From positions 124,001 to 188,000 of the forward strand of contig JAPDFW010000099.1 in the NCBI GenBank assembly GCA_028826165.1: a stretch of 64,000 nucleotides of DNA. The letters are read 5' to 3'. This DNA is from Anaeramoeba ignava BMAN. Taxonomy: Eukaryota > Protista > Anaeramoebae. This document shows, piece after piece, positions 32,301 to 43,600 of this stretch; the first letter of the stretch is position 1, and the number at the start of each line of letters is the position of its first letter. The position numbers and the translations under genes were made by a program. The notes beneath the pieces are model-generated. The model worked only from the letters and a program-made list of their open reading frames with translations, ran no database searches and was not told the DNA's origin.

Positions 32301-34182
32301 CAAAAATAATCAAAATGAAACACCTTTACATATTGCTTTACAAAATAAATATTCAAATCAAATTATTGAATTATTAATTTCTAAAGGATCTGATCTTAAT
32401 TCCAAAAATAATCAAGATGAAATACCTTTACATATTGCTTTGAAAAATAAATATCCAAATCAAATTATTGAATTATTAATTTCCAAAGGATCTAATCTTA
32501 ATTCAAAAAATAATCAAAATGAAATACCTTTACATTTTGTTTTAAAAAATAAATATTCAAATCAAATTATTAAATTATTAATTTACAAAGGATCTGATCT
32601 TAATTCCAAAAATAATCAAAATGAAATACCTTTACATTTTGTTTTAAAAAATAAATATCCAAAAGAAATTATTGAATTATTAATTTCCAAAGGATCTGAT
32701 ATTAATTTAAAAATAGATGGAAATGAAATACCTTTACATTTTGCATTGAAAAATAAATATCCAAATCAAATTATTGAATTATTAATTTCTAAAGGATCTA
32801 ATATTAATTCCAAAAATAATCAAAATGAAATACCTTTACATATTGCCTTAAAAAATAAATATCCAAATCAAATTATTGAATTATTAATTTACAAAGGATC
32901 TGATATTAATTCAAAAAATAATGAAAATCAAATACCTTTACATATTGCTTTGAAAAATAAATATCTAAAAGAAATTATTGAATTATTAATTTCCAAAGGA
33001 TCTGATGTTAATTTAAAAAACCAATGGAATCAAATACCTTTACATATTGCTTTGGAAAATAAATATCCAAATGAAATTATTGAATTATTAATTTGCAAAG
33101 GATCTGATCTTAATTCAAAAAACAAATGGAATGAAATACCTTTAAATATTGCTTTAAAAAATCAAAATTCAAATGAAATTATTGAATTATTAATTTCCAA
33201 AGGATCTAATATTAATTTAAAAAGCAAATGGGATGAAATACCATTAGATATTGCTTTACAAAATAAATATTCAAATGAAATCAAAATTCTTTTAATGAGA
33301 GATTTGAATATTTTTGAATTAGAAAAAAATCGAATTACTCAAGAAATGATTGATTTATTTCCAAAAATTTATTCATTTAATGAAGATTTAAACAATTTTT
33401 TGAAATCAAATGAATTTAAAGATATTGAAATTAAAAGTAATGATGGATCAATAATCAAAGTTCATAAACAAATTTTATTAATTAGATTTAATAATAATCC
33501 AAAAATTTTAACAAAATTTATCAATATTTGCAGAAGAAAACCAAAAGAAATTATTCAATTTGCATTAAATTTTCTTTATACAGGATTTATTGATTTTGAT
33601 AAATTTATTGAAAAATTTAATCAAAAATTTATTCAAAAAAAATCACAAATTTATTCAGATTATAAATTCTTTTTTTCAAATGAAATTGAATTTGAAGAAC
33701 AAAAAAAAGAACAAGAATTAATTTTAAATGAAATTGAAAATAAAAATGAAAAATATGAAAAAATATTAATTTATGATTTATTTAAAGAAAATGGATTTGA
33801 TTCCAAATGGATTAAAGAAAAAGAAGGAATAAGAGGAATATTAAAAGATTTTGGAAAATTATATGAACAAAATGAAACCAAAGATTTTACAATAATTATT
33901 GAAGAAAAAGAAATCAAAGTTCATAAATTAATATTACAAATAAGAAGTGAATTATTCAAAGGAATGTTTTTATTAAATACATCAGATTCAACTAATCAAG
34001 TTCATGATTATTCAGAAAAATCATTTGAAACAATTAATCAATTAATTTATTTTCTTTATAATGATAAAATTGATGAAACAAAAATAACCAAAGAAAATAT
34101 TTCAGAATATATTGATATTTCAGAATATTATCAATTAAATCAAAATTCAATTTTTGATAAATTTTTACTTAATTTTGTTTAA
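29343..34182 (+). CDS. Ankyrin-repeat (~36 x 34 aa) + C-terminal tandem BTB/POZ protein
   Basis: The 102-bp units read xPLHIALxNKYSNxIIELLISKGSDINSKNxxNE. BTB motifs are FKDIEI...IKVHKQIL and TKDFTI...IKVHKLILQIRSELFKGMF. ORFs 29343-29963 and 30094-34182 join if one A is removed from the run at ~29955-29960. Confidence 0.9.
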
Positions 34183-34220
34183 AAAAAAAATTTGAAGAAT
34201 AAAATTTGAATAAAATTTTT

Positions 34221-36487
34221 TTAATTTGAAGTTTTGAAGAAAATAATTGTTTTTCGATTATTTTTGTTTTTTGGATCAGGAATCATTTTCATGGTATTTT
34301 CTAAAAATCTTGGAATTGCTTTTCTGAAATTATTTCTTGGTTTATTTCTTGATTTCTTTTTAATTTGAGAATTTTCATTTCTTTTTCTGAATTTTGATCA
34401 ATAATATCAAGAATTTTTAAATCAATTTCAACTTTTTCTGGAACATTTTTGGAATGTTTAAAATCTTTAAAAGTTGTTTTTGTCCAACCTTTAATTAATC
34501 CAGGATATAATTCTGCAATGATATCTAATCTTTCACCATGAGATTGATTTAAAGAAAATGTTTTTTGTTTTTTTCATTTTCATTTTGAATTTCATTTTGA
34601 ATTTGAATTTGATTTTGATTTTGATTTTTGAAAATTGATTTTGATTTTGATTTTCTTTTTTTGTTTGTTTTTTTTTTAGAATATTGAGTGTTTTTTCCAC
34701 TATTTTGAACAAAATTCTGATTTTTTTTCTGATCTTTAATCGAAGATCGATTATCAAGATCAGAAAAATTATTTGGGTTTATTTTTCCTTTTCTTCCATC
34801 AACAGGAGCTGTTAATGAAGGAAAAGGAAAAAGATTTGAATTAGGTCGTTTTGAATTAAAATGGTTAGGTCGTTGTAAATTTTGATTTGTGGATTCAAAT
34901 TTAATTTGGTTTTGATTTGGTAATTTAATTCGATTTAGATTTTGATTTTGATTTTGATTTTTTGATTTAAATTCAAATTCAAATTGATTTTTTGATTCAA
35001 ATTTAATTTGGTTTTGATTTGATTTTGATTCAAATTGATTTTGGTTTTTTGATTCAAATTGATTTTGGTTTTTTGATTCAAATTCATTTTGATTTAGATT
35101 TGGTGATTTAGATTCAATTTCATTTTTTGATTCAAATTGATTTTGATTTGTTGATTTAATTTGATTTTGATTTATTGATTTAAATTGATTTTGATTTATT
35201 GATTCAAGTTGATTTTGATTTATTGATTTAAATTGATTTTGATTTATTGATTTAAATTGATTTTGATTTATTGATTTAAATTGATTTTGATTTATTGATT
35301 CAAATTGATTTATTGATTCAAATTGATTTTGATTTATTGATTGATTTTTTGATTGAAATTGATTTTGGATTTATTGATTCAAATTGATTTTGATTTATTG
35401 ATTTATTGATTCAAATTGATTTTGATTTTTGATTTGTTGATTTAAATTGATTTTGATTTATTGATTTAAATTGATTTTGATTTATTGATTCAATTTGATT
35501 TTGGTTTATTGATTTAAATTGATTTTGATTTATTGATTTAAATTGATTTTGATTTATTGATTCAATTTGATTTTGGTTTATTGATTTAAATTGATTTTGA
35601 TTTATTGATTTAAATTGATTTTGATTTATTGATTTAAATTGATTTGGATTTGGATTTAATAATTCAAATTGATTTTGATTTTTTGATTTAAATTTATTTG
35701 GATTTGGATTTAATAATTCAAATTGATTTTGATTTATTGATTCAAATTGATTTTGATTTATTGATTCAAATTGATTTTGATTTATTGATTCAAATTGATT
35801 TTGGTTTATTGATTTAATTTATTTTATTGATTCAAATTGATTTTGATTTATTGATTCAAATTGATTTTGGTTTATTGATTTAAGTTGATTTATTGATTCA
35901 AATTGATTTTGATTTATTGATTTAAGTTGATTTTGATCCATTGATTTAAGTTGATTTTGATTTATTGATTTGAGTTGATTTTGATTTATTGATTTGAGTT
36001 GATTTGGAAAATTATAAAGTTCAGGATCAAGTTCAAGTTCAATTTTAGGATCAAATTCAGGAACATCAAAACCTTCATCAAAATGACAAGTAGCACCAAA
36101 CAAAGGAAAAAGTTCATTATCGATAAAGCAATCTGAATTAGAAGAAGACTTTTGAATGTTATCTCCAATTCCAACTGAAGGAAAATTTGCAAAATAATTT
36201 TCAGTGTCAATTTCATTTTGACTTTGATTTAAAAAGGAAAGGTCAACAGGACTACCATTTTGACTTTGATTTAAAAAGGAAAAGTCAACAGGATTAACAT
36301 TTTGACTTTGATTTATAAAGGAAAAGTCATCAGGATTAACATTTTGGAGCTGATTGCCAATGCCAAGATCACTAACAAATTCATTATCATTTCCATTTTG
36401 ATTTTGATTTTGATTTCCATTTAGATTTCCATTTAGATTTCCATTTAGATTTTCTTTTTGAAACATTAATTCTGGAAAAGGATTCAT
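34221..36487 (-). CDS. Hypothetical N/Q-rich low-complexity protein with a short C-terminal globular domain
   Basis: ORF 35819-36487 continues, with frameshifts, through (KSINQNQF)n repeats to ERLDIIAELYPGLIKGWTKT...KVEIDLKILDII and probably KPRNNFRKAIPRFLENTMKM. The end coordinate depends on a 1-nt correction. Confidence 0.6.
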
Positions 36488-36655
36488 TCACCTAAAAAGA
36501 AAAAAAAACAACACAAACACAAACACAAAAAAAATAAAAAATAACAAAAAGAAATTTAATTAAAAAAAGGAAAAAAAAAATGAAAAAAAAAATTATCCAC
36601 TTTTTTAATTAAAATTTCTTTTTCTTCTTTTCCTTCTTTTCTTTTCTTTTTAAAA

Positions 36656-38441
36656 ATGAAGAATGAAATTTTATTTTTTGGTTTAAATCAATATCCAATT
36701 CTTATTAAAAAATGAACCAAAAAAAATAAAAAAACCAATTCAATTTAAATTTGAAAATGAAAATGAAAATGAAAATGAAAAACAAATTAAACAAATTTCA
36801 ACAGGAAATTATTCAACAATTTTCCTTTTTAAAAATGGAAAAGCAATAGAATATTTAAATAAGCAATATTTAAATCAAAATCCTGAAAAAATCCAAATTG
36901 AAGAAAATATTCAAAAAGTAACTATTGGTGAACGAAATGAAGCTATTTTAACAAAAGAAGGAAATGTATTTGCAAAAGGAAATAATATTAATCCAAAAAA
37001 TCTAAAAGAATTTATCAATATTTCATCATTAATTGAAGATAAAAATGATAGAATAATTCAAGATATTGTTTCTGGAGAATATTCAATTTATTTATTAACT
37101 TCAAATCAAAATGCTTATGGAATTGGTTGTAATCAATATGGTCAACTCGGTTTTGATTCTGAAACACTTAAAAAAACAAAAAAACCAATTTTAATGATGA
37201 AAAATGTTTCTAAAATATTTTCAGGAAATTATTCAAATCATGTTTTTCTTTTAAATTCAAATCAAGAATTATTTGGATGTGGAGATAATTACCGGAGTCA
37301 ACTTGGATTAGGAAATTCAATAATAAAAGAAGCAAAAATCCAAAAATTAACTAAAATCCAAAATATTCCAAAAGGCAAAATAATTGATATTAAATGTGGA
37401 TTTGGCCATTCAATAATGTTGATTGAAAATGAAAATGAAAATGAAAATGAAAATCCAAAAAGAAAACTTTATTCATGTGGGAATTATCTATATAATGGAT
37501 TTGGCAAAGATGAAGAAGATACTCATGAATTTACTGAAATCAAATCATCTTTATTTGAAAATGATAATATTCTTGATTTTTCTGTTGGATTCGATCATAC
37601 TTTGATTTTAACTTCTAAATCAAAATTAATAGTATTTGGAGATAATTTTTATGGTCAATTAGGAACTGGAGATGCAGAATATCAATCAATTCCAATTCAA
37701 ATTGAACTTCCTAAATTAAGATTTAATGAAAATATTTCAAATTATCATATTTCTTGTGGTCGTGATAGATCATTTATTTATTATTCACCTTCTTTTTCCA
37801 ATCTTGAAGAAGATTTGATAAAATTATTTGAAAGAAAAGAATTTTGTGATATTTCATTTAAAACCAAAAATGGAGAAATAATCAAAGCTCATAAATTAAT
37901 ATTAAAATATAGATTAAATCAAAATCAAAATGAAATTGAAATTGAAAAACTTCAAGAAATTATTTCAAAAAAATCAATTAAAGAATCAAATCAAATATTT
38001 GAAATGATTTATTCAAACAGAATAATAAATCCAAAATTATATTCCGAAATTAAAGAAATTATAAATTCAAATGAAAAAATTGAAGAAACAATGAAAAGAA
38101 TTTATTTAAATGAAAATGAAAATGAAAAAGATTTTATAATTGAAAGAAAAGAAAAACAATATAAATTTCCTAAATTAATATTAATAATGAGAAGTGAATT
38201 ATATCGAGGAATGTTTTTATCTGTAACAGAAGATACTTCAAATAAAGTTACAGATTATAGTGAATTAAGTAATAAATCATTCCAAATATTTGAATATTGG
38301 ATTTATTCGAATCAAATTAAAGATGAAATTCAAATTACACAAGAAATAATTAATGAAATTAAAATTAAAATTAAAATCAAAATTAAAATCAAAATCAAAA
38401 TTAAAATCAAAATTAAAATTAAAATTAAAATTAAAATTTAA
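36656..38441 (+). CDS. RCC1-BTB protein copy 2, C-terminus truncated (possible pseudogene)
   Basis: The ATG at 36656 gives MKNEILFFG. After an extra A at ~36710 the sequence is collinear with the paralogues. The 3' end runs into (AAAATT)n after ITQEIINEI. Confidence 0.85.
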
Positions 38442-38483
38442 AATTTCAAAAAATATTTTTTTCATTTTTTTTCTTTTTTAAAA

Positions 38484-40337
38484 ATGAATGAAATTTTATT
38501 TTTTGGTTACAATAACGCTCCAATATTTATCAAAAATGAACCAGATAAAATAAAAAAACCAATTCAATTTAAATTTGAAAATGAAAATGAAAATGAAAAT
38601 GAAAATGAAAATGAAAATGAAAATGAAAATAAAAATGAAAATGAAAATGAAAATGAAAATGAAAATGAAAAACAAATTAAACAAATTTCATCAGGAAATT
38701 ATTCAACAATTTTCCTTTTTAAAAATGGAAAAACAATAGAATATTTACATAAGCAATATTCAAATCAAAATCCTGAAAAAATCCAAATTGAAGAAAATAT
38801 CCAAAAAGTAACTATTGGTGAACGAAATGAAGCTATTTTAACAATAGAAGGAAATGTATTTGCCAAAGGAAATAATATTAATCCAAAAAATCCAAATAAA
38901 TTTATCAATATTTCATCATTAATTGAAGATACAAATGATAGAATAATTCAAGATATTGTTTCTGGAGCTTGTTCAATTTACTTATTAATTTCAAATCAAA
39001 ATGCTTATGGAATTGGTTCAAATCAATATGGTCAAGTTGTTTTTGATTCTGAAACACTTAAAGAAACACAAAAACCAATTTTAATGATGAAAAATGTTTC
39101 TAAAATATTTTCAGGAAATAATTCAAATTTTGTTTTTCTTTTAAATTCAAATCAAGAATTATTTGGATGTGGTGATAATTTTCAGGGTCAACTTGGATTA
39201 GGAAATACAATGAATGGAAAAAAAATCCAAAAATTAACTAAAATCCAAAATATTCCAAAAGGTAAAATAATTGATATTCAATGTGGAAATGGTCATTCAA
39301 TAATGTTAATTGAAAATGAAAATGAAAATGAAAATGAAAATCCAAAAAGAAAACTTTATTCATGTGGAAATAGATACTATAATGGACTTAACAAACTTAT
39401 ATATGAATTTACTGAAATCAAATTATCTTTATTTGAAAATGATGGTAATATTCTTGATTTTTCTGTTGGATATTATCATACTTTGATTTTAACTTCCCAT
39501 TTAAAATTAATTGGATTTGGAAGCAATTCTTATGGAGAATTAGGAAATGGAGATACAGATGATCAAAGAATCCCTATTCAAATTGAACTTCCTAAATTAA
39601 GATTTAATGAAAATATTTCCAATTATCATATTTCTTGTGGAGAATTCAGATCATTTCTTTATTATTCTCCTTTTCTTTCTTCTTTTTCCAATCTTGAAGA
39701 AGATTTGATAAAATTATTTGAAAGAAAAGAATTTTGTGATATTTCATTTAAAACAGAAAATGGAGAAATAATTGAAGCTCATAAATTAATATTGAAATAT
39801 AGATTAAATCAAAATCAAAATCAAAATGAAAAACTTCAAGAAATTATTTCAAAAAAATCAATTAAAGAATCAAATCAAATATTTGAAATGATTTATTCAA
39901 ACAGAATTATAAATCCAAAATTATATTCTGAAATTAAAGAAATTATAAATTCAAATGAAAAAATTGAAGAAACAATGAAAAGAATTTATTTAAATGAAAA
40001 TGAAAATGAAAAAGATTTTATAATTGAAAGAAAAGAAAAACAATATAAATTTCCAAAATTAATATTAATAATGAGAAGTGAATTATATCGAGGAATGTTT
40101 TTATCTGTAACAAATGATACTTCAAATAAAGTTACAGATTATAGTGAATTAAGTAATAAATCATTTCAAATATTTGAATATTGGATTTATTCAAATCAAA
40201 TTAAAAATGAAATTGGAATTACAAAAGAAATTATTGATGAACTTGAAAGAGGAATTGATTATTTTCAATTAAATCAAACAAATCCAAATTTATTTGATTT
40301 ATTAATTAACAAATTTAATAATCAAAATCAAAATTAA
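38484..40337 (+). CDS. RCC1-BTB protein copy 3
   Basis: Intact 617-aa ORF with the same architecture as 24155-25906. Confidence 0.93.
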   Translation: MNEILFFGYNNAPIFIKNEPDKIKKPIQFKFENENENENENENENENENKNENENENENENEKQIKQISSGNYSTIFLFKNGKTIEYLHKQYSNQNPEKIQIEENIQKVTIGERNEAILTIEGNVFAKGNNINPKNPNKFINISSLIEDTNDRIIQDIVSGACSIYLLISNQNAYGIGSNQYGQVVFDSETLKETQKPILMMKNVSKIFSGNNSNFVFLLNSNQELFGCGDNFQGQLGLGNTMNGKKIQKLTKIQNIPKGKIIDIQCGNGHSIMLIENENENENENPKRKLYSCGNRYYNGLNKLIYEFTEIKLSLFENDGNILDFSVGYYHTLILTSHLKLIGFGSNSYGELGNGDTDDQRIPIQIELPKLRFNENISNYHISCGEFRSFLYYSPFLSSFSNLEEDLIKLFERKEFCDISFKTENGEIIEAHKLILKYRLNQNQNQNEKLQEIISKKSIKESNQIFEMIYSNRIINPKLYSEIKEIINSNEKIEETMKRIYLNENENEKDFIIERKEKQYKFPKLILIMRSELYRGMFLSVTNDTSNKVTDYSELSNKSFQIFEYWIYSNQIKNEIGITKEIIDELERGIDYFQLNQTNPNLFDLLINKFNNQNQN

Positions 40338-40664
40338 AATTAAAATTAAAATTAAAAATTAAAATCAAAATTAAAATTAAAATTAAAATTTAAATCAAAA
40401 TTAAAATTAAAATTAAAATTAAAATCAAAATTTAAATCAAAATTAAAAATTAAAATTAAAATTAAAATCAAAATTAAAATTAAAATTAAAATCAAAATTA
40501 AAATCAAAATTAAAATTAAAATTAAAATCAAAATTAAAATTAAAATTAAAAAAAAATTTTTTGTTTTTAATGATTTTTTGGGATTCATTTTCAAAGAAAA
40601 AAAAATTGCTTTAATTTCGATTTGATTTGTTTTTGAAATGAATGAAATTGCTTTATCAGATCTT

Positions 40665-43600
40665 TTAGTGTTTTTTTGATTTCCTAACCACAATAATCAC
40701 CACAATGATAATTGCAATTGCAACAACTGGAACAACAACAGAAATGGAGATAACTTTAGCATTTGAAGAGCTATTTGCTTTTTCAACAGGAGCAGGTAAA
40801 GTTGTGATTGAAGTGCTTAAAGATAATCCTGAATAAACAGATTCAGAACATTTCCAATCAGCAGAAGCTGAAATGGAAATTTGATAAGTTGTTTCTCCCA
40901 ATAAATTGTAAGATGTGAAACTTGTCATTGCAGCTGACAAACAAATTGATTCTGAATTGTAAGTGAGTGAATATCCTTTCAATCCTTCTGACAATACTAA
41001 AGGTGTCCAATCACATTCAAATCCACAAACTGTTCCACTACAATTAAGTGAAGTAATGCTTCCTAATTTGGGTGTTACTGAAATGGATGAACTAGGAAAT
41101 CCTAAGTATCCAGATTCACAACTTGTGTCTGAACATCCTCGAATTGAAACAAGATATTCAACATTTCCTTGTAATGGAAATACTGATCCAACCATTTGGT
41201 TTCCATTTGGATAAATTGATGTGAAATTTTCCCAATTTATTCCATTATCGATTGAGACTAAATAAGCTTTGATCAAATTTTGATATGAAGATGAGAAAAT
41301 TAGTTCAATTTCTTCAATTTTGGAGACTGATCCATTAACTGAAGGAGCAGGTAAATGTAAAGTTGTTGTTGAAGTGGTTAAAGATAATCCTGAATAATCA
41401 TTATAATCACAATTTGAATCAGCAGAAGCTGAAATGGAAATTTGATAATTTGCTCCTCCCAATAAATTGCCAACAGAATAACTTGTTGCTGAACTTGACA
41501 AACAAATTGATTCTGAATTATAAGTGAGTGAATATCCTTTCAATCCTTCTGACAATACTAAAGGTGTCCAATCACATTCAAATCCACAAACTGTTCCACT
41601 ACAATTAAGTGAAGTAATGTTTCCTAATTTGGGTGTTACTGAAATGGATGAACTAGGAAATCCTAAGTATCCAGATTCACAACTTGTGTCTGAACATCCT
41701 CGAATTGAAACAAGATATTCAACATTTCCTTGTAATGGAAATACTGATCCAACCATTTGGTTTCCATTTGGATAAATTGAGGAGAACTGCTGCCAATTTG
41801 TGCCATTATCGATTGAGACTAAATAAGCTTTTGCTTGAGATATTTTTGAGAAAATTAGTTCAATTTCTTCAATTTTGGAGACTGATCCATTAACTGAAGG
41901 AGCAGGTAAATGTAAAGTTGTTGTTGAAGTGGTTAAAGATAATCCTGAATAATCATTATAATCACAATTTGAATCAGCAGAAGCTGAAATGGAAATTTGA
42001 TAATTTGCTCCTCCCAATAAATTGCCAACAGAATAACTTGTTGCTGAACTTGATAAACAAATTGATTCTGAATTGTAAGTGAGTGAATATCCTTTCAATC
42101 CTTCTGACAATACTAAAGGTGTCCAATCACATTCAAATCCACAAACTGTTCCACTACAATTAAGTGAAGTAATGTTTCCTAATTTGGGTGTTACTGAAAT
42201 GGACGAACTAGGAAATCCTAAGTATCCAGATTCACAACTTGTGTCTGAACATCCTCGAATTGAAACAAGATATTCAACATTTCCTTGTAATGGAGATACT
42301 GATCCAACCATTTGGTTTCCATTTGAGTAAATTGATGTGAAATTTTCCCAATTTATTCCATTATCGATTGAGACTAAATAAGCTTTGATCAAATTTTGAT
42401 ATGAAGATGAGAAAATTAGTTCAATTTCTTCAATTTTGGAGACTGATCCATTAACTGAAGGAGGAGGGAAACGGAGAATTGTGAGAGACATTGTTGAAGA
42501 CAACCCTGAATAATCATTATAATCACAATTTGAATCAGCAGAAGCTGAAACAGAAATTTGGTAATTTGTTCCTCCCAATAAATTGTCAACAGAATAACTT
42601 GTTCTAAGATAAGACAAACAAACAGATGTTGAATTGTAAGTGAATGAATATCCTTTCAATCCTTCTGACAATGCTAAGGGTTCCCAATCGCAATAGAAAC
42701 CATAAAACACAGAAACGCAATTGAGAGAGATGTTTCCTAATTTGGGTGTTACTGAAATGGATGAACTAGCTAATCCTAAGTAGTCGAGTTGACAAGATGA
42801 ATCTGTGCATCCTCGAATTGAAACAAGATATTCAACATTTCCTTGTAATGGAGATATTAATCCAACCATTTGGTTTCCATTTGGATAAATTGAGGAGAAC
42901 TGCTGCCAATTTGTGCCATTATCGATTGATACTAAATAAGCTTCACTGATATCTGGATATAAGGATGCGAAAATGATTTCAATTTGTTCAGGCTGTGAAA
43001 TCCATTCGGAAATATCAGGAGGAGGTAATCGTCCTGTTGATATATTAAGAGTAGAAACGGAACCACAGAAGCCATTCAAATTACATGCTGAAACATTTAC
43101 TTGATAGTTTTGCGACTGGAAATTAGCTCTGAATGATTGGGATGTTGAGTTTGGATAAGAAGCACTTGAATCTTCTTTGGAAGTTGCTTGATAAGTGAAA
43201 TTGTAAAAAGTAGGAGATGATGAAATTGGCGGAGGAGACCAAGAGCAATTAACCAACAAGACATCTGACACGAAACAATCGAAATTAGTGACATTTGGGA
43301 AACCTGTTGGAATTGATGATTTGACTCGCTTGCCTCTGTTTTGATAATCACATTCTTCTGTTGAACAAGCCCACATTGAGACATAATAAGTATATCCGAA
43401 TTCAAGCCCATCGATTTCAAAGGAAGTAGCTGAAGGATCACCAACTGTCACTTCTGAAGGTTCTCCTGATTCTTGTTCATAGCAAATGACATAGTAGGCA
43501 AGATTTGGGATTTCTTCGATAATTTGCACATCGGGATAATCCCAGAAAACCTTGATGTAATCCCGATATCCTTCCAGCGAATAATCCTTAACAGCATCGA

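Noticed and set aside
40963-42330. Three near-identical 83-aa + strand ORFs
   Set aside because: They are antisense shadows of the FN3 repeat units.
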